Notes under the pieces: model-generated
The model's input: only the letters and a program-made list of their open reading frames with translations
What the model was told of the DNA's origin: nothing
Database searches by the model: none
Made by a program: the position numbers and the translations under genes
Virus record (IMG/VR): IMGVR_UViG_3300030331_001986
DNA: 64,000 bases
Strand: one strand, 5' to 3'
From: an uncultured virus (IMG/VR IMGVR_UViG_3300030331_001986)
Lineage: Duplodnaviria; Heunggongvirae; Uroviricota; Caudoviricetes
Part shown: in pieces, positions 1-9,595 of the stretch
Position numbering within the stretch: the first letter of the stretch is position 1
How the letters are laid out: every line of letters starts with the position of its first letter

Positions 1-132
1 TACAATGGGTATAAAGTTAATATTAAACGCATACCTTCCCAACAAAGATTAGTGAATATATTAACTAAATATCCTGAGTTTACTAGGGTGAATTGTAAAA
101 AAGAACGACCTGCTTTATGGGGGCTTAAGTAA
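1..132 (+). CDS. 3' end of a hypothetical protein (truncated by window)
   Basis: Frame 1 is open from base 1 (YNGYKVNIKR...ALWGLK*). Its TAA overlaps the ligase ATG (TAATG). Confidence 0.6.
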   Translation, partial: YNGYKVNIKRIPSQQRLVNILTKYPEFTRVNCKKERPALWGLK

Positions 133-1637
133 TGAAATGGATAGAATTTAGTAGATTGATGCAAGCAATAGAGTATAAAACACCAACTAAGAAAGTCAGT
201 TTATTGGCGAAAGATTTCTATGGAACTCAAGAATTTATTAAAATACTAGCGCTAGATTTAGAGCCTAATAATTTAGCAAGTAAGAAAGCATTAAAATGGA
301 TTACAAAATCTTTAGAAGTATTTGAAGAAGAAATAGAAACTTCAATTTATAATCATGGGGATATTGGAGAAGCGATATATCATTTTGCTCAAGAAGATGG
401 GAGTCAAGAATTTAGCCTTAGAACCATTATAAATTTATTATCCATGGATTGTAGTAAAAGTGATGGTGAATCTTATCGTGCGTTTAATGTAGCATTTAAT
501 CAAATGTCTTCATTAGAAAGAAAATGGTTCTTGAGATATTGGTTAAGAACACCGAGAAACGGAATTAATGAAGGACTGGTTAGAAAATTAGTTGCCAAAG
601 TATATGATAAAAAAGAGGCAGATGTTAAAAAACATATGCAATTACATTCTTTATCGGAATTATTAGTTTACTATCAAAGAAATGAAACTCCACCTAATGA
701 TTTAGTAATTGGTAGATTCATTAAGCCTATGTTAGCGAAAGAAGTTCCTAAAGAGAAGTGGCCGAAAGAATCTATTATTGAATACAAGTATGATGGTGCT
801 AGGTATCAAATACACAAAGGAGATTCAGTCCTTATTTTCAACCGTAAAGGTAAGGTAGTTACAGATAAGTTTCCCGATATTGTTCTTATGATAAATGCAT
901 GGGAAATGAAAGAGTCATTTATTATTGATACTGAAATTTATCCTGTTGAAAGTGACGGCAGACCTGCTCCTTTCAAGAAGATGGGAACTCGTATTCATTC
1001 AAAGGATATTGAGGAAGCAGTTGAAAAATGTCCTGTGGAACTGGGTGTGTTCGATTGCATGATGTTTAATGGTGAAAATCTAATGGATAACTCATTGAGA
1101 GAACGATTAGGTTTTATCGTTAAATTCCCTAAACAGGCAGTTAGAGTAACAGAAGATAGTGACTCTTTCTATAACTTAGCAATCAATGATGGTTATGAAG
1201 GTATAATGATTAAAGACCTTAACGGAACATATGAAAGCGGTAAACGTTCTTGGATTAAGTATAAACCACCAAGAATAGAGTTAGACGTTGTAGTTACTGG
1301 GGCAAGATATGGTGACGGTAAAAGGGCTACGGTGTTTGGTTCATACGATATAGCAGTTAAAGACGGAACGGAGTTTGTTCCTGTTGGTAGTATAGGAACT
1401 GGGTTTTCAGATATAGATTTAATATCTTTAACTCAACAGGGTAAAAAGATAATTCAAAGAGTCGAGAACGGAACATATGAATTACTACCTAGAATAGTGT
1501 TAGAGGTTACTGCTGATTTAGTAACTAGAGATGCTAATGATAACTTAGGATTAAGATTCCCTAGACTACTAAGAATAAGAAGTGATAAACCAGTATCAGA
1601 TATTAATACAATACAAGATGTAGAGGGAATGATATGA
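132..1637 (+). CDS. lig: ATP-dependent DNA ligase
   Basis: Motif I EYKYDGAR, IDTEI, VFDCM, EGIMIK, WIKYK and C-terminal LRFPR; N-terminal DNA-binding domain. Confidence 0.95.
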   Translation: MKWIEFSRLMQAIEYKTPTKKVSLLAKDFYGTQEFIKILALDLEPNNLASKKALKWITKSLEVFEEEIETSIYNHGDIGEAIYHFAQEDGSQEFSLRTIINLLSMDCSKSDGESYRAFNVAFNQMSSLERKWFLRYWLRTPRNGINEGLVRKLVAKVYDKKEADVKKHMQLHSLSELLVYYQRNETPPNDLVIGRFIKPMLAKEVPKEKWPKESIIEYKYDGARYQIHKGDSVLIFNRKGKVVTDKFPDIVLMINAWEMKESFIIDTEIYPVESDGRPAPFKKMGTRIHSKDIEEAVEKCPVELGVFDCMMFNGENLMDNSLRERLGFIVKFPKQAVRVTEDSDSFYNLAINDGYEGIMIKDLNGTYESGKRSWIKYKPPRIELDVVVTGARYGDGKRATVFGSYDIAVKDGTEFVPVGSIGTGFSDIDLISLTQQGKKIIQRVENGTYELLPRIVLEVTADLVTRDANDNLGLRFPRLLRIRSDKPVSDINTIQDVEGMI

Positions 1638-2251
1638 CGTGTATGTGGAAAGGAACAGCAAAAGAAGGGGGTATCATTTGTGGTAAAAATCCTAGAGATA
1701 CAATTTTTACTACTGATGTTCATTTAACAACCTGTGTTGATTGTATAAGATTATTTAACAGTAGACATCACAAACTTGTTAAACATAGAAGCGTTCATTT
1801 AAACGTTGATTTTTTATCTAATGAAAATCTTAGGGTTAACGCAGTTCCATATGAAGTTAAGAACAAATACACTGGAAAATTAGAGACGAAAAATCAAATA
1901 ATTATATCCTTTGAAGATAAAGAATATCTCTCTTCAGAAGCAACTCCTATGTGTAAACTTACTAGTGGTGACGTAAAACCTTGGTGGAAAGTAACGAATG
2001 ACCCATTTAAAACAACTTGCAAACATTGTCACTCTGCGGTTTGGGGTAATAGAGATGCAAAACGTTTTATTTTAAGAGGTATATTTGTAGAATTAGGTCA
2101 GCCTATGAGATTAATTAATGGTTATTTAAAATATAAAACAAATCAAGAACTAAGAGATTTACTAGATTCTTTAATTGAAGGTAAACTTACTATTGAAGAT
2201 TTGGCAATGGAAATGAATCAGTTACATTATTCTAAGGTAACGTATAAGTAA
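1634..2251 (+). CDS. Hypothetical protein with two Cys-rich (C...TTCxxC) repeats
   Basis: 205-aa ORF with ATGA overlap; TTDVHLTTCVDC and TNDPFKTTCKHC. Confidence 0.7.
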   Translation: MTCMWKGTAKEGGIICGKNPRDTIFTTDVHLTTCVDCIRLFNSRHHKLVKHRSVHLNVDFLSNENLRVNAVPYEVKNKYTGKLETKNQIIISFEDKEYLSSEATPMCKLTSGDVKPWWKVTNDPFKTTCKHCHSAVWGNRDAKRFILRGIFVELGQPMRLINGYLKYKTNQELRDLLDSLIEGKLTIEDLAMEMNQLHYSKVTYK

Positions 2252-2289
2252 GGGGCTATTAGTAGCACCAAATATAATGAGGGTTTTTC

Positions 2290-2643
2290 ATGGAGTTTTA
2301 TGATGAAAATGTCAAAGCAGAATGGACAGAAGAATACGGTTCAGTAACGACTGTGACCTTCATGGTTTATAGTGAGATGAAAACACAAGATAATTTAATT
2401 ATTAACCATGCAATAGGTGATATATTAAATATGAAAAGATTTGCTCAGTTCATAGAAGATATAGATTTAGAGAAAGCAGAATTATTAAATACATATAAAG
2501 GAATGTGCATTCAATGGATATTTCCTGATAAGTTAGATAATATAGAACAAATTAAAGAAACTATTTCCGATGGATTAAGTTTCCAAAGACTAAAACACGA
2601 ATGTATAGGAGCGTCAACAGATGTTTACGAAAGAACAACTTGA
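2290..2643 (+). CDS. Hypothetical protein
   Basis: 117-aa ORF in a same-strand operon. Confidence 0.7.
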   Translation: MEFYDENVKAEWTEEYGSVTTVTFMVYSEMKTQDNLIINHAIGDILNMKRFAQFIEDIDLEKAELLNTYKGMCIQWIFPDKLDNIEQIKETISDGLSFQRLKHECIGASTDVYERTT

Positions 2644-3022
2644 AGGAATATTGGTATCACTGGCTAGTCCAGAAGTATCAATAGAAAAAGATAGCAAACA
2701 GTCTATCGGTTATAGAATAAGATTAGTAGTTAAAATAAGAGCGATGAATATAGAGTTCTTATCTGCGCTACAAGAAACTTTAGAGGAATATGGTATAGAT
2801 TCCTATCTAAAAGAGACAGAACATTGTAATAGAAAATATCCTATACTTAGGATTACTAGTATTAATAATCTATTACAATTTTATAAACTTATACCAAACA
2901 CACCAAAGCATTGCAATAAATTTGAATCATTTTTAGAAGTATTAACTATTGTTTCTAATAAACATCATTTAACGCAAAAAGGCTTTGATAAAATATTAGA
3001 GATAAAGGGGTTAATAACTTGA
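2621..3022 (+). CDS. Single-domain LAGLIDADG-like protein, degenerate catalytic motif
   Basis: LEGILVSLAS first helix; GYRIRLVVKI; EFLSALQETL; C-terminal KHHLTQKGFDKILEIK typical of LAGLIDADG endonucleases. Confidence 0.7.
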   Translation: MFTKEQLEGILVSLASPEVSIEKDSKQSIGYRIRLVVKIRAMNIEFLSALQETLEEYGIDSYLKETEHCNRKYPILRITSINNLLQFYKLIPNTPKHCNKFESFLEVLTIVSNKHHLTQKGFDKILEIKGLIT

Positions 3023-3870
3023 GTTTAATAAATATGGGAGAAAAGAAAAGACCAATATTAATAACAGGAAAAAGCGGAACAGGAAAATCTACACTTGCTA
3101 AAACTTTAGTAGCAGAAGACGTATTAATTTACTATGCTAATGAGATAGAAAACAAAGATTGGAAGTCCGTTGAACAAGATATTATTATTGAAGAAGTACA
3201 TTATAAACCGAATAAAGATATTATAATGGATGTAATACGAAATTGTAAAAGTCAGATTGTATTAACTTCTAATAATCAAAAAGATGTTCCGAAGGATATT
3301 AAAAATTGTTGTAAGATTAGAAGGGCAGGGACCAAAGCACATGCGTTAGAAGAAATAAAAAGAATAGCACCTAGAAGTCAGCCGCCACATAAAATAGAAT
3401 TAAGTGTGTTTGAGTTGGTAGGAGATTATCTTAAAAACACTAATCGTAAAGAAGTGCTTAAGAATTTAAAATTCAATAAACCTGCCGATGTACAAATTAT
3501 AACTTGGTTAGGATTAAACCTTAATCCGAACAAGTTAGTGTTTATAGATGGTAGAGTAAAGAGAAGATGGTCTTCTGATTACTTCTATGAATTATTAGCG
3601 TATGCACATGATGGAAGAATATATTCAAAAATTCAATATCCCACAAGAGCAAGTTATTCTAAAGTACCCACTATTCTTAGAAAACTAAGAATAAAACCAA
3701 ATCAAGGCTATTTACTGCCTCAATTACTAAAAGATGAAGAGTTCACTAAGTGGGCAAAAAAGAGATTGAAAAGTGAAGAAACTAGAGTATTAGGAATGAA
3801 AGATAGGACAAGACCTAGAAACGCTCCTATAACTCCAAACAGAACCTTAAAATTAGATAGGTGGTTTTAA
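3019..3870 (+). CDS. AAA+ ATPase, clamp-loader (RFC) large-subunit-like
   Basis: Walker A GKSGTGKS, Walker B IIIEE, LTSNN; PIP-like C-terminus TLKLDRWF; adjacent to RFC small subunit. Confidence 0.7.
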   Translation: MSLINMGEKKRPILITGKSGTGKSTLAKTLVAEDVLIYYANEIENKDWKSVEQDIIIEEVHYKPNKDIIMDVIRNCKSQIVLTSNNQKDVPKDIKNCCKIRRAGTKAHALEEIKRIAPRSQPPHKIELSVFELVGDYLKNTNRKEVLKNLKFNKPADVQIITWLGLNLNPNKLVFIDGRVKRRWSSDYFYELLAYAHDGRIYSKIQYPTRASYSKVPTILRKLRIKPNQGYLLPQLLKDEEFTKWAKKRLKSEETRVLGMKDRTRPRNAPITPNRTLKLDRWF

Positions 3871-3871
3871 A

Positions 3872-4783
3872 ATGTTATGGACAGAAAAATACAGACCAAA
3901 GAATATACACGAATTAATAGGGCAAGAGATATTTAAACTCGATGCCGAGAACTGGATAGAAATAAAAGATATGCCGAATACACTATTGTATGGGCAAGCG
4001 GGAGTAGGTAAAACTGCCGCCGCAGGTATCTTAGCAAATGAAATGTTGAAGTCTGAAATGGACTCTAATTACTTTGAAATAAATGCTAGTGATGATAGGC
4101 GTTTAGAAGTGGTTAGAACTACCATTAAAGATATAGCACAGCAGAAAGCAATTGGAGATGTTCCATTCAAAATCATATTACTTGATGAAATGGATGGGAT
4201 GACAACGGATGCGCAGAATGCTTTAAAAAGAGTTATGGAACGATATGCTTCTAATGTTAGATTTATTATTACTGCTAACGATAGAAGTAAAATCATTTAC
4301 CCTTTACAATCTAGGTGCGCTAACTATTTCTTTACTAAATTAGATAGCGCTACAATTTTAACTTTATTGAAGACAATTTTATCAAGAGAAGATATTTCAC
4401 ATCCCTCCGATGTTGATTTGGGTCAGTTTATAAGTCACTACAACGGTGATGTTCGCAGAACAATAACGGAATTGCAAGCCGCACTTGCAAGTGGAACAAG
4501 TTTGAAAAGACAGGTAAATAAAAGTTTAGAGAGGTATGATGATATTTTACAACTGTTAGAAAATGAGAACCACAAGAAAGCACTAGAGGAATTACATAAT
4601 GCACTTTATTCAGGAAAAACTGTCAAAGATATATGTTATGGATTACATGAAGTTATTGTTAAAAGCGATATGAGTGATGATTCAAAATACAAATATCTTA
4701 GAGCAGTAGGTGAAGCAGAGTGGAGAGGAAATTCAATGACCCCAAGAGTATTAGTTTCTTGGTTGGTTGCACAATTAAAATGA
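3872..4783 (+). CDS. rfcS: Replication factor C small subunit
   Basis: LWTEKYRP, GQAGVGKT, EINASD, ILLDEMD, AQNALKR, LQSRC, GDVRR. Confidence 0.95.
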   Translation: MLWTEKYRPKNIHELIGQEIFKLDAENWIEIKDMPNTLLYGQAGVGKTAAAGILANEMLKSEMDSNYFEINASDDRRLEVVRTTIKDIAQQKAIGDVPFKIILLDEMDGMTTDAQNALKRVMERYASNVRFIITANDRSKIIYPLQSRCANYFFTKLDSATILTLLKTILSREDISHPSDVDLGQFISHYNGDVRRTITELQAALASGTSLKRQVNKSLERYDDILQLLENENHKKALEELHNALYSGKTVKDICYGLHEVIVKSDMSDDSKYKYLRAVGEAEWRGNSMTPRVLVSWLVAQLK

Positions 4784-4853
4784 CAATCCAAATGGATAAT
4801 AAATCTAGTCTAGCGACTAGTATAAAATAAATAAAAATACAAGAGGTATATAT

Positions 4854-6071
4854 ATGAAAGAAGAAATGAAATATGAAATAGAAAAATACGCTGAAAAGTT
4901 AGGCATAACTATTGAACAAGCGCAAGCAGACTTCGATAATATTGTTGCACAACACAGTTTAGACTTAGAAGATGAAAACGGTTTTAAAATCGCTAGAAGT
5001 CTTTTTAGGGCTAGATTTGGTCAACAAGTTGCTATAAAGAAAAAAGAAGAGAATGGTGATAAGGAAGAATTTACAGGTACAACTTACACTAAAACTGCTA
5101 CTGGTTTCTTTTATGCCGTTGAAGATGCAAGAGATTGGGAAGAAAGAAACAGAACAAATCTATTGGCGGAATACCAAAGAGATTCAACTGCTAGTTTAAA
5201 TGCAGGTAATGTTGCTGTTGCTGTTCAACTATCAGATGGAAGATATGAAGTAACTAGGTTTGCTAATGATGAATTGGCTACTAAAGTTTTAGAGAAAATT
5301 CCTGATAGTGCTATGGCTGTTGATGACGATAAATGGATAATTCCAATTGATTCAAGAAAAGCATGGGGAAGCGGTCAAGCAAATCCTAATTATGGAAAAC
5401 CATTACCTGCTGAAAACTGGTCAAGAAGATTATTCTTTGTAGGTAAATTAGATGAAGGCGGTGAATACCAAAAATATCAATTAAGAATGAATGGACCACA
5501 ATGTAAAGATTTTGCTCCTAATACATTTAGTTGGTGTTCATTTACTTGTGTGCCTAATTCAAACAATGCAAGTATATTAAGCGCAAGAAAAGATGGAAGC
5601 ACTGTATCATCATTAACGTATTTAGATTCTGATGAAGAAATAATTAACGTAATTCAATCTACGTTAGCAGATAGTATTTCTGAATTAGTTGCTTTAGATG
5701 CATTCCATTCTGATAATTCACATAAGAAAGCAGATGAAAGAATGATGATTACAGATGGAAATGTTACAGGTATGAACTTACAACAAACTGCTAATGGTAA
5801 TCAAACATTATTCTTAAGTGATTTAAATATTGATTATGATTATGATGGTTCATCTAATGCTGTCGCTTGTTGGGTTCCAAGTTATGTAGATATTGATTTT
5901 GGTATTGGTAGTAATGTAATTGTTTGTGGTAGAACTTCACAAGGAACTGATAAAGAAACAGGAGAACTAAGAAATGTTACAATCAATGTATTAGGATTAT
6001 ATGTTATTGATAGACATGGAAGTGCAGAAGTAGTTGAAGCACCAGTGGAGGATAACTTTGATTGGTTTTAG
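4854..6071 (+). CDS. Putative ssDNA-binding protein (RPA/OB-fold-like)
   Basis: Beta-rich C-terminal OB-like segment (GSNVIVCGRT), acidic-aromatic tail VEDNFDWF, replication-module context. Confidence 0.55.
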   Translation: MKEEMKYEIEKYAEKLGITIEQAQADFDNIVAQHSLDLEDENGFKIARSLFRARFGQQVAIKKKEENGDKEEFTGTTYTKTATGFFYAVEDARDWEERNRTNLLAEYQRDSTASLNAGNVAVAVQLSDGRYEVTRFANDELATKVLEKIPDSAMAVDDDKWIIPIDSRKAWGSGQANPNYGKPLPAENWSRRLFFVGKLDEGGEYQKYQLRMNGPQCKDFAPNTFSWCSFTCVPNSNNASILSARKDGSTVSSLTYLDSDEEIINVIQSTLADSISELVALDAFHSDNSHKKADERMMITDGNVTGMNLQQTANGNQTLFLSDLNIDYDYDGSSNAVACWVPSYVDIDFGIGSNVIVCGRTSQGTDKETGELRNVTINVLGLYVIDRHGSAEVVEAPVEDNFDWF

Positions 6072-6155
6072 ATAGATAAACTCATGGGGGTTTCCACAGT
6101 AATAATGGAGCGGCATGTTCTTGGCCGACTTCATTCCCTCCCCACGTTTATTTAT
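6072..6155 (+). ncRNA. Intergenic structured element, copy 1
   Basis: Nested pairings atagataaac/gtttatttat, tgggg/cccca, aatggag/cttcatt, cggc/gccg; core GGTTTCCACAGTAATAATG...CATTCC. Confidence 0.45.
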
Positions 6156-6170
6156 TAAGGAGAGATTATT

Positions 6171-7055
6171 ATGAGTTTAAAAACTATGAATAAACCAAAA
6201 CAACAAAATGCTGTTGGTCCACAAGTTCAAAAAGAACTACAATACCAACAGTGGAAAAAGTTAACACAAGAAGCAAGAAAAGCACAATTAGCAAGAAAGC
6301 ATTCCTTTCTAGTTTTATCTATCGAAGGTAAAGCAAAACAAGGTAAATCGGGATTGGGTCTTGATATAAGAACTGATAAAGAAATTAAAGATGGTGCTGT
6401 ATTACGTTTCTTAGATTTTGATGATGGTGCGGAAGTAACTTGGAAAACATGTTGGGATTCAGACCCTAACATTTATGTTTACTGCCCTAATCATTATAAT
6501 TCTGATGGAACAGAAAACTATGCTTTAACTATGCAAAATGCATTAAACTTCATTAGAGAAACAGAAGAAATGATTGCAGATAAAAATACTAATGTTAGAG
6601 CATTTGTTATGGATGGTATGGATAAATGGAATGATTGTGCTACTAATAAACTTAGATATGAAATCAATAAAGGGGATAGAAAGAAAATGACTAACCCTAT
6701 TTCCCCAACAGCATACGGGGCTAGAAATATTGACCATAATGAAGTGTTTATTAGTGCTTTAAGATTACAATGTGATAAAGTATTTATTACACATCTTAAG
6801 GCTACTTTTAGCGACCATATGAATCCTACACCAACTGGATTTGTTGCTAATTGGAATAAAGATGTTCCCGATAAAATGATGCAAATGATTACGATTAGGG
6901 ATGAATCTGTAGGTAGTAATACTAAATATGTTGCAAGATTGAAAGCAAGTAAAACAAATCCCAACTTAGTTGGTAAGACTTGGACTATCTTTGAGTCTAA
7001 CTCTAAAGAAGCCAAATGGAATGGTATTCCCGACCTAAGAAACAGGGAAATTTAG
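6171..7055 (+). CDS. Sak4/AAA_24-like (RecA-fold) ATPase, probable recombinase
   Basis: Walker A GKAKQGKS, FLDFDDG, Walker B FVMDGMD, FITH. Confidence 0.7.
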   Translation: MSLKTMNKPKQQNAVGPQVQKELQYQQWKKLTQEARKAQLARKHSFLVLSIEGKAKQGKSGLGLDIRTDKEIKDGAVLRFLDFDDGAEVTWKTCWDSDPNIYVYCPNHYNSDGTENYALTMQNALNFIRETEEMIADKNTNVRAFVMDGMDKWNDCATNKLRYEINKGDRKKMTNPISPTAYGARNIDHNEVFISALRLQCDKVFITHLKATFSDHMNPTPTGFVANWNKDVPDKMMQMITIRDESVGSNTKYVARLKASKTNPNLVGKTWTIFESNSKEAKWNGIPDLRNREI

Positions 7056-7056
7056 A

Positions 7057-7179
7057 CTCGCAAGAGTGAGGTTTACTAAGTAAAAATGACGAATCAATGT
7101 TAGACGTGCGCTTATACTTATCAGACAGAGTGCTCATAGTAAGGGGTCAGAGGTGGTCCTGTCATTCCTCATTAGCGAG
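7057..7179 (+). ncRNA. Intergenic structured element, copy 2
   Basis: Pairings ctcgc/gcgag, tgagg/cctca, aatgac/gtcatt; core GGTTTACTAAGTAAAAATG...CATTCC. Confidence 0.45.
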
Positions 7180-7194
7180 AGCAAGGTGATTAAA

Positions 7195-7971
7195 ATGCAA
7201 ATAGAAGTTAAAAAGAAAGATATTATAGAAGCATTGAAAAATGTAGAATTAAAAGGAAAATGGGCCAGCACTGGAGGATTATCTTCAAAGTCTTTGGGTA
7301 ACTATATTCATTTCCAAATACAAGATAACAATTTATTATTAGTCAACTCAGATGAATCTACAACTGTTATTAAATCTATATCTGTGGATACAGATGATGA
7401 AGGTTCTTTCGTATTAGAAATTGATACATTTAAAAAGTATCTATCTAAGATGAATGAAGATATAAGTTTAACAGTAGGAGATACAGTAGTAATGCAATCA
7501 GATGGTAAAAGAGCAACAATGCCTATTGTAGTTCATCACCCATTCGAAGGTAGAGTAAATAGATTCATAGAAAGATGGCCGTTAAACTTTGATAGTGATT
7601 TGGAAGAAGTATTAAAGTTAGGAGTTATAGATGTAAGGTGTGGAGTTCAAGTTACTGGAGAAGAATTTCATAATGCTATAGATGGTTGTGAGATATTAAA
7701 CAACGGAATATATAAGTTAGACTTTCATGAGTCCGATGAATTAAGTAATCCTAAATTTATTATATCTTCTTCCGCTACTGTTTCTGCTTATAGAGAAGAA
7801 ATGGCATTCAGTAATTCAGTAGGTGAATCATCAACTGTTATATTCAGTGGGCCACTACACAAGTTCTTTAACAAAGATGAAATAATAAATATATTTATTG
7901 GGGATAACCAACCTATCATAATGGTTACAGAAAATAGCGCACTAATTAGAGCACCGAGATTGGGGATTTAA
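7195..7971 (+). CDS. DNA sliding clamp (PCNA/beta-clamp-like)
   Basis: About 258 aa, acidic, clamp-like repeated alpha/beta pattern; lies directly upstream of PolB; ATG 7195 has a GGTGAT SD. Confidence 0.7.
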   Translation: MQIEVKKKDIIEALKNVELKGKWASTGGLSSKSLGNYIHFQIQDNNLLLVNSDESTTVIKSISVDTDDEGSFVLEIDTFKKYLSKMNEDISLTVGDTVVMQSDGKRATMPIVVHHPFEGRVNRFIERWPLNFDSDLEEVLKLGVIDVRCGVQVTGEEFHNAIDGCEILNNGIYKLDFHESDELSNPKFIISSSATVSAYREEMAFSNSVGESSTVIFSGPLHKFFNKDEIINIFIGDNQPIIMVTENSALIRAPRLGI

Positions 7972-7972
7972 T

Positions 7973-9595
7973 ATGATAATAACATGGATAGATAAAGATA
8001 AATCAATTAAGATAAGATGGAGAGATGAAAATAGAGAGAGAAAAGAAAAGGTTATCTCTAATTTTAGACCCTATTTCTTTATACGTTCCATTGATAATCA
8101 GCCTACCACTTACAAGACTAAACATCGTATGGTTGGTAGTAAACCCATAGACCAAACTGGATTCTATGAATATAAGAAAGGTGAATGGAGAAACCTAGAA
8201 GGTTATAACTTAACTAAAGTTTTCTATACTCATCCTAAAGACATGAGGGATGCAAGAAAACCTTTTAAAAATACGTGGGAGGGAGATGTACCAATACTTA
8301 GAAGATATTGTGTAGATGAATTAAATAAAGTTCCTGAATATGAAATGAGAAAATGGTATTGGGATATGGAGTGGTTGCCCAATGGTCATAAAGATGAAGG
8401 GGCTATAACTGCTATTGGTGTATATGATAATTATACTAACAAGTCTAAGTTATACACATGGTCTTATGAAGATAAATCAGAAAAAGAAATGCTTGAAGAA
8501 TTTGTAAAAGATATACAAGAACAAGACCCCGATATGTTAATCGCTTGGTGGGGATTAAAGTCTGATGTTCCACAATTAATTAAAAGATTATTTGAGAATG
8601 ATATAGACCCAAGAAAATTATCTCCATATAAAGAAGTTAAACAAGTAGGATTCAATGCTATTGGTAAACTAAACTTTAGTAATATAGAGCAACCCATTAA
8701 AGGTAGATTATGTTTAAATTTAGATTTAGCATTTGAACGTCAATGGAATGATGCACAGAGGGGAACTTTACCAAGTGCATCATTAGATTATTGTGCAAGT
8801 GTTTCTGTTGGAGAAACTAAGAAAAAAGATTCTAAGTTTACAGATAGAAATGAATTCTTTATGAAAGCATGGGAAGAAGATACTCAAAACTATTTAGAAT
8901 ACTGTATGCAAGATGCTGAATTACTCTATAAGATAGATGAAGAAATGGGATTGAGTGAAGGTGTATTAGCAATTCAAAAACTGATTAAAGCACCTTTCGA
9001 AGATTGTTTCTTTGTATCTCACATGGGTAGCACATATTTCATGCGTAATGCATATTGGAAAGCACCAACTGGTAAAAAGACTGAGAAGAAAGAGTACGAT
9101 GGAGCGTTAATCTATGACCCATTAGACCAAGAAACAAACGGATTACATCTTAATGTAGCGGCGTTTGATTTTGCTTCTCTATATCCGTCTTGTATATTAG
9201 CAAGGAATATTTCTTGGGAAACTAAAAGTGAAACTGAAACTGATTTTGCTGTCAATTTAAAAATACCTAGAGACTTTTCTGATGTTACAGTTGAGGATTG
9301 GAAATATTATAGAACTGATAAGTTAGGATTATTACCGAATGCTATTGCTACATTAAAACCATTAAGGAAAGAATACAAATTAAAAATGTTAGAAGCATTA
9401 CAAGAAGGAAATAAGAAAGAATATGTAAAATGGAATTCAATGCAAATGGCTACTAAAAGATTGTTAGCATCTTTTTATGGAGTTGTAGCATTACAAGGAT
9501 TCGGTTGGTATGATGTAGATTTAGCCGCATCTATTACAGCCAGTGCTAGAGAAGCAATTAGAGAAGCGGCATTTAAAGTGAGGGAGTTAACATGA
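7973..9595 (+). CDS. polB: Family B DNA polymerase, N-terminal piece (3'-5' exonuclease plus motifs A and B)
   Basis: ExoI WDMEW, ExoIII YCMQD, motif A DFASLYPS, motif B KRLLASFYG; stops before motif C. Confidence 0.93.
   Translation: MIITWIDKDKSIKIRWRDENRERKEKVISNFRPYFFIRSIDNQPTTYKTKHRMVGSKPIDQTGFYEYKKGEWRNLEGYNLTKVFYTHPKDMRDARKPFKNTWEGDVPILRRYCVDELNKVPEYEMRKWYWDMEWLPNGHKDEGAITAIGVYDNYTNKSKLYTWSYEDKSEKEMLEEFVKDIQEQDPDMLIAWWGLKSDVPQLIKRLFENDIDPRKLSPYKEVKQVGFNAIGKLNFSNIEQPIKGRLCLNLDLAFERQWNDAQRGTLPSASLDYCASVSVGETKKKDSKFTDRNEFFMKAWEEDTQNYLEYCMQDAELLYKIDEEMGLSEGVLAIQKLIKAPFEDCFFVSHMGSTYFMRNAYWKAPTGKKTEKKEYDGALIYDPLDQETNGLHLNVAAFDFASLYPSCILARNISWETKSETETDFAVNLKIPRDFSDVTVEDWKYYRTDKLGLLPNAIATLKPLRKEYKLKMLEALQEGNKKEYVKWNSMQMATKRLLASFYGVVALQGFGWYDVDLAASITASAREAIREAAFKVRELT

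Noticed and set aside
7130..7155. Fourth AGCAC promoter instance on the - strand
   Set aside because: No TATA-like element at the 13-nt spacing.
6072..7179. tRNA, hammerhead ribozyme or yybP-ykoY riboswitch in the structured spacers
   Set aside because: No cloverleaf or T-loop, no CUGAUGA core, and only a partial AAGGGG resemblance.
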